From an archaeon (GTDB taxonomy: Archaea > Iainarchaeota > Iainarchaeia > Iainarchaeales > JANQMZ01): a DNA stretch of 32,000 nt. Position numbers and translations under genes: made by a program. A model generated the notes under the pieces. That model searched no databases. It was not told the DNA's origin and worked only from the letters and a program-made list of their open reading frames with translations. Shown piece by piece: positions 8,092-17,471 of the stretch. The DNA lies in assembly GCA_028279805.1 (NCBI GenBank), contig JANQMZ010000007.1, positions 750,001-782,000 on the forward strand, in the 5' to 3' direction. Each line of letters starts with the position of its first letter. Within the stretch, counting starts at the first letter, position 1.

Positions 8092-9703
8092 TTTCCAATG
8101 GTTCTGTTTCTTCTTGTTTTAAATTTTCCTGTAATTTTTCCAGTCCAAGTTTTTCTTTTACCAGTTTTTCAAGTTTTGTTGTTAAAAATTCTTCTTTTTC
8201 TCCGGTGATATTTTTTAAAGCTCTGGCTATTTCAGGAATATATTTGTAAAACATGTCCTGCTGCATTAATCTTTCTTTTTCCCTTAATTTTCTTTTAATG
8301 TATGTTGCTGTTTTTCTGCCGCAATCCATTAATGATAATCTTAATTCTTCCATTATTTCGTCTTCATCTGCAATTGCCTGTTTTCCTGCTCCCATGTACG
8401 GAACGTGTGCTGAAATAAAATTTACAAAAACTGTTAAAGGAATGCTGTCCAGATCCCTTACCCCGTATCTTTTCCATTCAACGCTTTGTACTGCTTTTGA
8501 AATAGCTCCGCTTCCCGCGTCAAACAGTAATGGAGCCCGGTTGGCAAAACGCATTATTTCAAGGCTTCTTCCTTCCCCGTCAGCTTTTTTTCCCGCGTTT
8601 CCGCCGTATGCTATTCCCACTTCTATCTGGAACGGAAATCCTCCTGCGTAAACTTTTGGCTTTCTTGTAATTGTGTGAACAAATTCAGGTGCAACTATTG
8701 CATTAAGGCTTTTTTTAATCCTGTTTTCTCCAATGGGACTTAATCCGTCTGTGTTTGGCGCAATAAAATCAATTTTTTTAAATGCTTTTATTATTTCTTC
8801 TGATTCCTGCCAACTTAACTGTTTTGGGTCTTTGTTTAAATCAAATTTAACTTTTTTTTCAATTTTTTCAATGCTTGTTGAACCTGTTCTGTCAAAATCG
8901 TTTTTTAAAAAACTTGCAACTTTTTTTGCATCAGTATATTTGCTCATGCTTATTAGTTCATCAACTGTTACTCCGTGCGGATGCGGTTTCATTTCTTTTG
9001 CTTTTTTCGGAATAATTTTAATTGTTCTTTTAAATAATGCTTTTTGTCCTTTTGGTCCTTTGAATTTTATTCTTGCATGAGGGTTTGCGATTGCAGTTCT
9101 TCTCAAATATTCCAAAGGCCCTGTACTTGAATCCCTGTAAATAACATCTTTAAATTTTGCCTGAACTTTTGTTCCCTGAAATTTTCTTTCAACTGTCTGC
9201 ATGTTTGTTATTTTGGGAACATTTTTTTTGGGGTCAATTGTTATTTCAAGCGAAATTGCCTTCCCTTTCTCTGTTCCGGTTAAAACTTTTACCGCTTTTC
9301 CTGTTGTCATCTGGCTTAACATTGTTCCTCCTGATGCTCCTATTCCCTGTTGTCCCCGCATCTGAATCATTCGGTGAAATTTTGTTCCTGCTAAAAGCTG
9401 TCCGAATGCTTTTCCCACTGTTTTTTCTGTTAATCCAGGGCCATTGTCTGTGACAATAATTTCGTAATATTCATTGCCTAATTCTTTTATTTGCACTTCA
9501 ATGTTGGGCAAAATGTTTGATTCTTCGCATGCATCCAGTGAATTTGTAACATATTCATGGACAATTGTGGTCATTGTCCTTATTTTTCCGTATAATCCAA
9601 GCATTTGCTTGTTTTTTTTAAAAAATTCTGCAACTGAATGTTCTTTGAATTCTTTTGCAAGTTCTTCTGCCTGAATATGTTCCATTGCCATTTTTTTTAT
9701 CAC
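8018..9703 (-). CDS. top6B: DNA topoisomerase VI subunit B (GHKL ATPase)
   Basis: SVAEFFKKNKQMLGL, the Bergerat fold motifs VHEYVTNSLDACEE and IVTDNGPGL, and GQQGIGASG are present. The track start at 9703 is GTG. ATG at 9691 (MAMEHIQAEE...) is an equally plausible start. Confidence 0.9.
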   Translation of the reverse strand: MIKKMAMEHIQAEELAKEFKEHSVAEFFKKNKQMLGLYGKIRTMTTIVHEYVTNSLDACEESNILPNIEVQIKELGNEYYEIIVTDNGPGLTEKTVGKAFGQLLAGTKFHRMIQMRGQQGIGASGGTMLSQMTTGKAVKVLTGTEKGKAISLEITIDPKKNVPKITNMQTVERKFQGTKVQAKFKDVIYRDSSTGPLEYLRRTAIANPHARIKFKGPKGQKALFKRTIKIIPKKAKEMKPHPHGVTVDELISMSKYTDAKKVASFLKNDFDRTGSTSIEKIEKKVKFDLNKDPKQLSWQESEEIIKAFKKIDFIAPNTDGLSPIGENRIKKSLNAIVAPEFVHTITRKPKVYAGGFPFQIEVGIAYGGNAGKKADGEGRSLEIMRFANRAPLLFDAGSGAISKAVQSVEWKRYGVRDLDSIPLTVFVNFISAHVPYMGAGKQAIADEDEIMEELRLSLMDCGRKTATYIKRKLREKERLMQQDMFYKYIPEIARALKNITGEKEEFLTTKLEKLVKEKLGLEKLQENLKQEETEPLENEVIEEVETSGEKEDKEKNTKENK

Positions 9704-10227
9704 AATTCAAATTTTTTTTCATTTAATTCTTTTTCATGTAAAACGTTTTCAACGGCATCAATTTCCATTCCGCCTAATAACATTCTTACTGCCTGTTCTC
9801 CTGCCTCAATATTTTCCTCTTCTCCTATTATTGCAATTGTATTTCCGTAAATTGAAATAAAACATTTTGTATCCTGTTCAATTTTGTTTCTTATAAGCCC
9901 TTTTCTCCCTATAACTCTGCCTTTTTTGTGTTGAACTTTTTTTTCTTTTTTTCCAAACATTTCTTTTAATTTTAAAATTCTTAAATAATATTTGTCTTCC
10001 AGTAATTTTAATGCTTTTTCAGGATTAAATCCTCGGCCGACAGCCTGGATAACTTGTAATGCTTTGTGAACATCTAAAGGTTCTCCTTCCACATAAACTT
10101 CGCCTGAATCCGAGTCAATGTTGATTTTTGTTTTGCTTTTTTTCTCTATTTTTCTTTTGTCTGTTCCTTTGACTCCTATTAAAACGCCTATTCTTTCCTG
10201 CGGGATTCTGATGTAATCTGATAACAT
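9700..10227 (-). CDS. Tandem KH-domain RNA-binding protein (archaeal Dim2/Pno1-like)
   Basis: There are two KH-like units (IGVLIGVKGTDKRKIE and RVIGRKGLIRNKIE). Position immediately downstream of the RIO kinase and aIF1A matches a widely conserved archaeal neighbourhood. I place the start at ATG 10227 because GGTG lies 6 nt upstream. The track start at 10260 adds 11 unlikely residues. Confidence 0.75.
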   Translation of the reverse strand: MLSDYIRIPQERIGVLIGVKGTDKRKIEKKSKTKINIDSDSGEVYVEGEPLDVHKALQVIQAVGRGFNPEKALKLLEDKYYLRILKLKEMFGKKEKKVQHKKGRVIGRKGLIRNKIEQDTKCFISIYGNTIAIIGEEENIEAGEQAVRMLLGGMEIDAVENVLHEKELNEKKFEL

Positions 10228-10309
10228 TAAAAACACCAGCAAATATCCCCCTCTTAACACTATTAAAGTAAAAATGTATTATAAAGCTTTTCCTCGTTTT
10301 TCGGGCTTT

Positions 10310-11068
10310 TTAAGGCTTATAAAGCGCTTTTTTTGATTTTATGTCTTTCTTTATTTGCTCTGCTGAAATCCTTAAACCGTTTTTTGAAAAGTATGCTGAC
10401 ACATTTTTTAAATCTTTTTCAAAAAATTCCCGTGCTTTGGGATGGCTTCTTAAAACAGCCTGCCCCACGTCTATAATCACCGGTTCATTGTTAAGGTTCA
10501 GAATATTATACTCGCTTAAATCTGCGTGAATTATTTCTTCTTTGTAAAACATTTTTGCAACAAATTCAACAATTTTTTCATACAAATATTCAAAATTTTT
10601 TATCGGTTTTTCCTTAATTCTTTGAGCCGGTTCTCCGTTTTCCCCTATAAATTCCATTACCAGCACATTGTTTTTGAAAGCAAGTGGAATAGGACAATTA
10701 ACGCCTGCGTTGTTCATTTTTTTTAAATTCATAAATTCTTTTTTTGTCCATTCATTGATGAGACTGGATTTTTTTTTTGAAATTTTTTTAAATCTTATAT
10801 CTCCTTCAATGTATTCGTTCATGTGCTTGAATTTTGATGTTTCTATTTTGTAAATTTTTACAGCTTTATAGTTTCCTGCTTTGTCTTTTGCCCTGAAAAC
10901 ATGTGCTTCTTTTCCTGTGCTTATTACAAATTCTACTTCGTTAAAAATTTTTTTGCCTGCAAGTGAATGAACAGTATTAACAGTCTGGTTGTCAAAAACT
11001 TTTGCAAAAATTTTTTTAACAGTTTTTTCTTTTGTAAAAGAATTAAGATTTTTATCAAGTGCTTTCAT
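10310..11068 (-). CDS. rio1: RIO-type serine protein kinase (Rio1-like, no N-terminal wHTH)
   Basis: ISTGKEAHVFRA (nucleotide loop), AVKIYK, LVMEFIG (hinge), IIHADLSEYNIL (catalytic loop) and IIDVGQAV (metal-binding loop) are present. Confidence 0.85.
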   Translation of the reverse strand: MKALDKNLNSFTKEKTVKKIFAKVFDNQTVNTVHSLAGKKIFNEVEFVISTGKEAHVFRAKDKAGNYKAVKIYKIETSKFKHMNEYIEGDIRFKKISKKKSSLINEWTKKEFMNLKKMNNAGVNCPIPLAFKNNVLVMEFIGENGEPAQRIKEKPIKNFEYLYEKIVEFVAKMFYKEEIIHADLSEYNILNLNNEPVIIDVGQAVLRSHPKAREFFEKDLKNVSAYFSKNGLRISAEQIKKDIKSKKALYKP

Positions 11069-11086
11069 AATAAAAACTAAAATTAG

Positions 11087-11416
11087 TCATTCTTCTATTC
11101 CAAGCCCTTTCAAAAGGCCTTTTCTTGCTAAATAATTTTTCTGCCCTCCGATGTAACGCCATATAATATCGGCTTTGCTGGGCTGAAAATCCCATTTTTT
11201 TATGATAAGCAAGTCCCCTTCCCTTATCCACACTCTTTTTTTCATTTTTCCTGAAATTCTGCACTGCCTTTCAACACCGTCTTCACACTGAGCCAGAACC
11301 TGGTCTGTGCCCATCATTTTTTTTGCAACTGCAAACATTTCAAGTCCGTCTTTTTTTGGTGTTCTTAATCTTGAATAACTGTCTTTCCCTTCATCGTGTT
11401 GTTTTTTTTTAACCAA
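11087..11416 (-). CDS. eif1a: Translation initiation factor aIF-1A
   Basis: The S1/OB core EMFAVAKKMMGTDQVLAQCEDGVERQCRISGKMKKRVWIREGDLLII is typical aIF1A. TTG start at 11416 has GGTG exactly 5 nt upstream. Confidence 0.9.
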   Translation of the reverse strand: MVKKKQHDEGKDSYSRLRTPKKDGLEMFAVAKKMMGTDQVLAQCEDGVERQCRISGKMKKRVWIREGDLLIIKKWDFQPSKADIIWRYIGGQKNYLARKGLLKGLGIEE

Positions 11417-11426
11417 TTTTTCACCG

Positions 11427-11717
11427 TTAAATCATGAATATTTGTACATGTGGAATGTCCTGAATTTTAATAATGCTTTTTTCTTTTATTAAACCTTTTC
11501 TTAAAGCTATTTGAATGCATTTTTTTCCCACCATGTTTATGTTGCTGTGCTGGGTTAAAAGTGTTTCAATTTTTTTTTCTTCAGCTTTTTTTCCACGGTA
11601 AAAATTTTCACTTGCTGTAAACTCAATTTCTCCCTGTTTTAATGTTTTTCCTATTAATTCTTTGTCGCATATTGCCAAAACTTTTCCTTTTTGTGATTCA
11701 TGTATTTTGTAAAACAT
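11427..11717 (-). CDS. Small conserved archaeal protein, DUF424-like (from memory, not verified)
   Basis: 96 aa. The pattern KVLAICDKELIGKTLKQGEIEFTASENFYRG resembles the DUF424/COG2412 family, which often lies near translation factor genes. This assignment is recollection only. Confidence 0.45.
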   Translation of the reverse strand: MFYKIHESQKGKVLAICDKELIGKTLKQGEIEFTASENFYRGKKAEEKKIETLLTQHSNINMVGKKCIQIALRKGLIKEKSIIKIQDIPHVQIFMI

Positions 11718-11726
11718 TTTACCATT

Positions 11727-12128
11727 TTATTCTTTTATCGGGCTTAAAGCTCCGCATGCGTCACATTTTAACATTTTTACACTGTTTTGTTCTATTATTT
11801 TTGTGTCAGGTTTTCCGCATTCTTTGCATATTACATATTTGTTTACATATTCTTCAAATATTTTTTGAACAGAATCCGGTGAAAATTTTCCGTTTAAAAT
11901 AACGTTTTGCCCTTCAATTGAACCGGATGTTCCTGCTTCCCCGGTTATAAATTTAAAAGCATGTTTAACATTCCTGTGCAAATCTTTTATTGTTTTTTCA
12001 AAATTTCTTATAACTGTTCTTGTTCCCTGTATTTCAGCTTTTAGTTTCGGAACTTCAAATCTTTCATCTGTTTTCTTTTTTTTAGGCATTTTTTCATAAG
12101 CCCTGTCAAGCATTTTTTCATAATCCAT
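11727..12128 (-). CDS. eif2b: Translation initiation factor aIF-2 beta subunit
   Basis: MDYEKMLDRAYEKMP...RFEVPKLKAEIQGTRTVIRNF and the C-terminal zinc ribbon YVICKECGKPDT...LKCDACGA are present. AGGTG lies upstream of the ATG. Confidence 0.9.
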   Translation of the reverse strand: MDYEKMLDRAYEKMPKKKKTDERFEVPKLKAEIQGTRTVIRNFEKTIKDLHRNVKHAFKFITGEAGTSGSIEGQNVILNGKFSPDSVQKIFEEYVNKYVICKECGKPDTKIIEQNSVKMLKCDACGALSPIKE

Positions 12129-12134
12129 TTTTTT

Positions 12135-12614
12135 TCACCTAATTATTTTTTTTTCAACTTTTAAATTGCTTGCTTCTGTAAAAAATTCATCCTCATTTTT
12201 TTCATCTTTTTTCTTTGTGTTTTTTTTCCATTTTTTTAAAAAAATAATGTTTTCAAGCCTTTTGTTCATTTCTTCCTGGAATGAAAGTTTTTGAATTCCT
12301 TCAATTAAAACAAATAATCCTTTATTTCCCTGCCTTATTTTTCCTATAATTTTTATAATGTCCCCTGTTTGTATTTTTTCCAGTATTTCAAGATTTTCAA
12401 AAACATTTGCATCAATTGTTTGTGTAAAATCATCAATTGTTATTGCTGTAAAATTTTCTCCTTCAAATTTTTTTACAACATTGCCCCATATATTGACACG
12501 GCTTATTTTTTTTTCATCAGGTGTAATAAGATAATTTGTATCAAACTCTTTTTCTCCTTTAACATATTCTCCTTTTATTTCACTTAAAGGTATTTTTAAG
12601 GCTGGTTCCCGCAT
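12135..12614 (-). CDS. OB-fold nucleic-acid-binding protein (RPA32/RPA2-like)
   Basis: The pattern ISRVNIWGNVVKKF...AITIDDFTQTIDANVF...TGDIIKIIGKIRQGNKGLFVLIEGIQKL fits a tRNA_anti/RPA2-type OB fold. It has a K/E-rich C-terminus. AGGTG lies 5 nt upstream of the ATG. Confidence 0.5.
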   Translation of the reverse strand: MREPALKIPLSEIKGEYVKGEKEFDTNYLITPDEKKISRVNIWGNVVKKFEGENFTAITIDDFTQTIDANVFENLEILEKIQTGDIIKIIGKIRQGNKGLFVLIEGIQKLSFQEEMNKRLENIIFLKKWKKNTKKKDEKNEDEFFTEASNLKVEKKIIR

Positions 12615-12673
12615 TTTTTCACCTGATAATAATATTAATAAGCCTGCTTTGTATTATTAAACGTGGTGTCTTT

Positions 12674-13303
12674 TTGGCTCAAATAAAAAATCTTGAAGAA
12701 TGGCACAAATATGACAAAAAGCTCAGAATTAATCTTATTTTTGTAGGAATAATTGTTTTACTTCTTGTTCTGCTGATTTTTTATTTTTTCACCAGAAATC
12801 CCGCTCTTTTTGAAGACCTTGTTTTAAGTTTTGGACTTTTAGGATTGTTTATAGGTTCAATTATTGCAAACGCTTCAATTATTTTGCCGTTGCCCATTGA
12901 CATTTTTGTTTTTTTGTTCGGCGGTGAAAATTTTTTCGAATTAGGTTTTTTAAATCCTTTATTTTTAGGATTATTAATAGGATTCGGTTCAACTATTGGT
13001 GAAATGTCCGGATACATTTTAGGATTGCTTGGCATTCACAGCATTGAACATTTAAAAAAAGGCGAGTTAAAAAAAGTTATGCAGGTAAAAGAAGCAATAA
13101 AACATTACGGAATGCTTGTAATAGCTTTAGGAGCATTAACACCTTTTCCTTTTGATGTAATCGGAATAGCTTCAGGTTTAATCCGTTACAATGTTAAAAA
13201 ATTTTTCATAGCATGCTTTGCAGGAAAAGCACTGCGTTACACGGTAATAGCTTACGCAGGCTCTTTAAGCATTGGTGCTGTAAGAACAATTTACGGTTTT
13301 TAA
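12674..13303 (+). CDS. Integral membrane protein, YqaA/DedA (SNARE-associated, VTT-domain)-like
   Basis: It has about 5 hydrophobic segments. ASIILPLPIDIFVFLFG and GSTIGEMSGYILG resemble the YqaA/DedA family. TTG start has GGTG 5 nt upstream. Confidence 0.45.
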   Translation: MAQIKNLEEWHKYDKKLRINLIFVGIIVLLLVLLIFYFFTRNPALFEDLVLSFGLLGLFIGSIIANASIILPLPIDIFVFLFGGENFFELGFLNPLFLGLLIGFGSTIGEMSGYILGLLGIHSIEHLKKGELKKVMQVKEAIKHYGMLVIALGALTPFPFDVIGIASGLIRYNVKKFFIACFAGKALRYTVIAYAGSLSIGAVRTIYGF

Positions 13304-14115
13304 AAACCTATTGCGTTTAAAAAAATCCAGATTATTACCATTAAAAGAGTTTGTAATGGCAGGGCAGGCAACGCAATTTTTTTCTTCTGAGCAAAATCCA
13401 AAGTCCATATTAATCCTATTAATGAAAAAAGTAAAACCGCGAAAGGCATTACAAAATGCACCGGATATGGCAAAGTTGTTAAAGAATTTTTTAAAACACT
13501 TGAAGCAAACATTAAAGGAATAACCATATCCCCCGTCCCTAATTGAAATTCATGATTTTTTGTGGGAATTGAAAAAGTAAAAGCCAGTCTTGTTTTAACA
13601 ATTTTTTTAGCCATTACAACCATGTGTTTTGTGCCGAATACCGCTATAATGTCATACACTGACAAAACAATCATAAACATTAAAACAGGAAAAACGCCCA
13701 GGCTTACTCCCATTAAGGCGCCGACACCTGCAACTGCAATTACCGCCGACAAGTTTTTCATCCACAAACTTTCCCTGAAAATATTTTGGGCTATAACCAG
13801 AAACAATGCAAGAGTTATTGACGCGTCAGGAAAAATTGTTTCAAAAACAATAAAGCCTGTCCCAAATAATGCAAACGCTTCAAGTATTTTTAAAAAAAAT
13901 CCGGAACCTTTAACAAATTTTAAAATAAGCAAAAAAAATCCTGTGAAAATTAAAATATAAACAATTAATGCAACAGCATTCTGAACATCTTCCGGATTAT
14001 CCGTAACAATTGTTGTCTGAACATTTTGTTCAATTAAATTTGAAGCAACATATAATCCCAAAATCTGAACAATTAAAAACAATGCAGTTAACTGTAAAAC
14101 AAGTTTTTTGTTCAT
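13300..14115 (-). CDS. Presenilin / signal-peptide-peptidase family intramembrane aspartyl protease (peptidase A22)
   Basis: A polytopic membrane protein with the three family motifs in the correct order: SVYDIIAVF (YD), LGTGDMVIP (GxGD) and ALPALPLQ (PAL). Confidence 0.75.
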   Translation of the reverse strand: MNKKLVLQLTALFLIVQILGLYVASNLIEQNVQTTIVTDNPEDVQNAVALIVYILIFTGFFLLILKFVKGSGFFLKILEAFALFGTGFIVFETIFPDASITLALFLVIAQNIFRESLWMKNLSAVIAVAGVGALMGVSLGVFPVLMFMIVLSVYDIIAVFGTKHMVVMAKKIVKTRLAFTFSIPTKNHEFQLGTGDMVIPLMFASSVLKNSLTTLPYPVHFVMPFAVLLFSLIGLIWTLDFAQKKKIALPALPLQTLLMVIIWIFLNAIGF

Positions 14116-14168
14116 AAAAAAAATGCATTGATTGTTTTTTTAACTCTTTTTGCACTATTTTTGTTAAA

Positions 14169-14513
14169 ATGATTAAAAAAAAAACAAATCCGATTCCTTC
14201 AAGTTTAAGAGAAAAAAAACGTTATGTATACTTCAAATTGTCTTTTTCTCAAAAAATTAATTCAAAACATGTTTACAAAGCAGTCTGGGATTCTTTGCTG
14301 GCTTTATTTGGCGCTATTGGCTCCTCCCAGATCGGTTTTCAGTTAATTGAATTTGATTCTTCAACCGGAAAAGGAATTGCAAGATGCATCAGGGGAAAAG
14401 AAAATGAGCTTAAAACAGCCATAGTTTTGGTCAAATCTGTTCAGAATATTAAAGTGCTTCCTGAAATTTTAAGGGTTTCAGGCACATTAAAGTCAATTAG
14501 AGGAGCAAAATAA
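14169..14513 (+). CDS. rnp2: RNase P protein component 2 (Pop5 homologue)
   Basis: PSSLREKKRYVYFKL... is the characteristic Pop5/Rnp2 N-terminus. Position directly upstream of psmA matches the archaeal exosome superoperon. Confidence 0.75.
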   Translation: MIKKKTNPIPSSLREKKRYVYFKLSFSQKINSKHVYKAVWDSLLALFGAIGSSQIGFQLIEFDSSTGKGIARCIRGKENELKTAIVLVKSVQNIKVLPEILRVSGTLKSIRGAK

Positions 14514-14583
14514 TCATATATAAACCTTTTTTAAGCTTCCGCATAAATCTTTAGTATATCAGAAAAAGAAAAGAGGTGTTTTA

Positions 14584-15315
14584 TTGTATCCTTCTTCTGA
14601 CCAGTTAACATCTGGTTATGACCGCGTTTCAACAATGTTTTCCCCAAAAGGAAGACTTTATCAGGTTGAATATGCTTCAAAAATAGTTGAACAGGGCACA
14701 ACAGGCGTTGGTTTTGTCTACAATAACGGTGTTTTGCTTGGAGCTGAAAAAAATGTGGGGTCAAACCTTGTTGTTCCTGAAAGTATTGAAAAATTGTTCA
14801 AAATTGACAAGCATATCGGAATAATTTCCGCAGGACTTGTTGGAGATGCAAGAAGACTTGTAAAAGTTGCGCGTGAAAAAGCTCAGGAAAACAGAATGAC
14901 TTTTGAAGAACCAATTGGTACAGAAACACTTGTTCGTGAAATAGCTGCAATAAAACAGGCAGTAACACAATACGGAGGAATGAGACCTTTTGGAGTTAGT
15001 TTTGTTTTCGGAGGAATAACAAATAACCTTCCAAAAATTTTTGAAACAGAACCATCAGGAGCTTTGGCAGAATATAAAGCTGTTGCAATCGGCCGTGGAA
15101 AAAAAGAAGTGATGAATTTTTTGGAAAAAAATTACAGGCAGGGATTGTCAAAAGAAGCAGGAGTAAAATTATTATTTGATGCTTTAAAAACTGTTAAAAG
15201 AAAAACTCCTTTAACAATTGAAAATCTGGATTTTTCATTTATTGAAGCTGGTGCGGAATACACAAAGCTTTCTTTAAAAGAATTAAAATCTTTTTTAGGC
15301 AATAAAAAATCCTAA
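14584..15315 (+). CDS. psmA: Proteasome subunit alpha
   Basis: YDRVSTMFSPKGRLYQVEYA is the alpha-subunit signature. TTG start at 14584 has GAGGTG (14573-14578) 5 nt upstream. Confidence 0.9.
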   Translation: MYPSSDQLTSGYDRVSTMFSPKGRLYQVEYASKIVEQGTTGVGFVYNNGVLLGAEKNVGSNLVVPESIEKLFKIDKHIGIISAGLVGDARRLVKVAREKAQENRMTFEEPIGTETLVREIAAIKQAVTQYGGMRPFGVSFVFGGITNNLPKIFETEPSGALAEYKAVAIGRGKKEVMNFLEKNYRQGLSKEAGVKLLFDALKTVKRKTPLTIENLDFSFIEAGAEYTKLSLKELKSFLGNKKS

Positions 15316-15353
15316 CAAAATCTTTTTCTGATTTTATTAGGTGAAAAAATAAA

Positions 15354-16052
15354 ATGGTAAAACTAGAGGACGCGGTTATAGCAAGATATGAAAGTGCGGG
15401 GCACAAGTTTGAGGTTTTGGTTGACCCTGATTTGGCTTCGGATATAAAAGAGGGAAAAAAAGTGCAGTTAAACGATTTACTTGCAGCAGAATCTGTTTAC
15501 AAGGATTCAAAAAAAGGAGATGTTGCATCCGAACAAACAGTTATGGAAGTGTTTGGTTCGGATAATCTTGAAGAAATTGTAAAAAAAATAATAAAACAGG
15601 GAGAAGTGCAGCTAACAACCGAACAGAGAAAAAAAATGAAAGAAAAAAAACACAAGGAAATTGTTAATTATATTACAAGAAACGCGTTTAACCCTAAAAA
15701 TAGCATGCCTCATCCTCCTCAAAGGATTGAAACTGCAATGGAAGAAGCAGGCATAAATATTGACAGCATGAAAACAGTTTCAGAACAAATTCCTGAAATT
15801 GTTAAAAACCTGAAAAGGCTTCTGCCTATTTCAATGGAAAAATTAAAAATTGCAATAAAAGTTTCAGCAGCTGATTCCGGAAAAGTTTCAGGAATATTAC
15901 ATCAAAATTTCGGAACACATAAAGAGGAATGGCAGTCAGACGGCTCATTAATTGCATTGCTTGAAATTCCTGCAGGGTTAAAAAATGATTTGTTTGACAA
16001 AGTAAACAAAGCATGTGCTGAAGAGCCAAGTATTAAAATTTTAGAAAAATAA
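15354..16052 (+). CDS. sdo1: SBDS-family ribosome maturation protein (Sdo1)
   Basis: The N-terminus AVIARYESAGHKFEVLVDPD is typical of archaeal SBDS. The size (232 aa) and position between psmA and rrp4 fit the superoperon. Confidence 0.85.
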   Translation: MVKLEDAVIARYESAGHKFEVLVDPDLASDIKEGKKVQLNDLLAAESVYKDSKKGDVASEQTVMEVFGSDNLEEIVKKIIKQGEVQLTTEQRKKMKEKKHKEIVNYITRNAFNPKNSMPHPPQRIETAMEEAGINIDSMKTVSEQIPEIVKNLKRLLPISMEKLKIAIKVSAADSGKVSGILHQNFGTHKEEWQSDGSLIALLEIPAGLKNDLFDKVNKACAEEPSIKILEK

Positions 16053-16065
16053 AAATGGTGATTTT

Positions 16066-16695
16066 ATGGATAAAAAATTAGTAGTTCCCGGAGAAACAGT
16101 TTCCGAGGAAAGAAAAAGAACAGGTGACAATGTCATCATAAGAGACGGAAAAATAGTTTCAACAGCTTTAGGGCTGGTTTTTGAAAATGATACAACTGCA
16201 GGAGTTATCGCACTTGAAGGCGTTTACATTCCAAAACGCGGAGACATCATTCTAGGAATAATTGAGTCAGAGGTGTTCGGAGGTTATATTGTTGATGTTA
16301 ACCATTCGTTAAAATCATTTATTCCAAAAAAATCAATGATTAAAACATTAAGAAAAGGAAATGTTATAAGTGCAAAAATTTCAGAAGTTAATGAAGTTAA
16401 AGAAATTTCAGTTGAAAATGTCAGAGTTTTTTATGGCGGGGAATTAATTGAAGCTCAGCCGGTAAAAATTCCGAGAATGATTGGAAAAAACGGTTCAATG
16501 TTATCCGTTTTAAAGGAGGGAACAGGCTGTTCTTTGATGATCGGGCGCAACGGATGGGTTTGGGCTAAAGATGGTGACATTAACCTGTTAAAAAAAGCAA
16601 TAAAAAAAATTGAAAAAGAAGCCCATTTGAACGATTTAACAAATTTGATTAAAAAATTTTTAGAAAAAAATAAAACAAAAAAGGTGAGTAAATGA
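16066..16695 (+). CDS. rrp4: Exosome complex RNA-binding subunit Rrp4 (S1 + KH)
   Basis: LVVPGETV at the N-terminus, an S1-like middle section, and the KH segment IPRMIGKNGSMLSVLKEGTGCSLMIGRNGWVWA are present. GGTG lies upstream. Confidence 0.85.
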   Translation: MDKKLVVPGETVSEERKRTGDNVIIRDGKIVSTALGLVFENDTTAGVIALEGVYIPKRGDIILGIIESEVFGGYIVDVNHSLKSFIPKKSMIKTLRKGNVISAKISEVNEVKEISVENVRVFYGGELIEAQPVKIPRMIGKNGSMLSVLKEGTGCSLMIGRNGWVWAKDGDINLLKKAIKKIEKEAHLNDLTNLIKKFLEKNKTKKVSK

Positions 16696-17471
16696 AAGAA
16701 AAAAAAATTCAATATGTAAAAAACGGAAAAAGACTTGATGGAAGAAAGGTTGATGAATTAAGGCCTATTAAAATTGAAGCAGGTGTTTTGAGCAGAGCAC
16801 AAGGTTCTGCTTATGTTGAATGGGGGCAAAATAAGGCATTAGCAGCTGTTTTTGGTCCGCATGAAGCTTTGCCTCAGCATATTCAGAATCCAAAAAAAGC
16901 TTTGGTTAATTTTGTTTACAGAATGGCTGCATTTTCTGTTCCTGACAGAAAAAATCCAAGGCCCGGAAGGCGTGATATTGAAATTTCAAAAGTCTGCAGT
17001 GAAGCATTGGAAAAAGCAATTCTTGTTGAAAAATTTCCAAACACAATGATTGATGTTTTTGTCCAGATTTTGGACAGCAATGCAGGCACAAGAATCACCG
17101 GTTTAGCCGCTGCTTCAGTTGCATTAGCTGATGCTGGAATTCCGATGAAAGACATGGTTTCAGGTGTTGCAGTCGGAAAAGCCGGAGGAGAAATTTTAAC
17201 CGATTTAACAAAAGACGAAGAAGACGCACCTGACGCAGTTGACATGCCTATTGCAATTCTTCCAAACACGGAAGAAATTGTTTTACTGCAAATGGACGGC
17301 TTGCTAACCACCGATGAATGGAAAAAAGCAAAAGAACTTGGAATACAAGGATGCAAAAAAGTGTACGAATTGCAAAAAGAAGCTTTGTTGAAAAAATATA
17401 AAAATTCTGAAACAAAACAAAAAAAACAAAAACCAAAAACTAAAACCAAAAGCAAGGCGGTGAAAAAATGA
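16692..17471 (+). CDS. rrp41: Exosome complex exonuclease Rrp41 (RNase PH-like)
   Basis: RLDGRKVDELRPIKIEAGVLSRAQGSAYVEWGQNKALAAVFGP and NAGTRITGLAAASVALADAGIPMKDMV are present. ATGA overlap with rrp4. K-rich C-terminal tail. Confidence 0.9.
   Translation: MKEKKIQYVKNGKRLDGRKVDELRPIKIEAGVLSRAQGSAYVEWGQNKALAAVFGPHEALPQHIQNPKKALVNFVYRMAAFSVPDRKNPRPGRRDIEISKVCSEALEKAILVEKFPNTMIDVFVQILDSNAGTRITGLAAASVALADAGIPMKDMVSGVAVGKAGGEILTDLTKDEEDAPDAVDMPIAILPNTEEIVLLQMDGLLTTDEWKKAKELGIQGCKKVYELQKEALLKKYKNSETKQKKQKPKTKTKSKAVKK

Noticed and set aside
7787-8249. Plus-strand ORFs of 111 and 142 aa across the top6A/top6B junction.
   Set aside because: They are antisense to two strongly conserved genes. The F/L/S-rich low complexity is typical of shadow ORFs.
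11055-11264. 69-aa minus-strand ORF overlapping aIF1A in another frame.
   Set aside because: It is fully nested in the conserved aIF1A gene and the Rio start region, with no independent signals.
16916-17455. 179-aa minus-strand ORF inside rrp41.
   Set aside because: It is antisense to a well-conserved RNase PH-fold gene and has no recognisable motifs. The plus-strand gene sits in an operon with SD sites and ATGA coupling.
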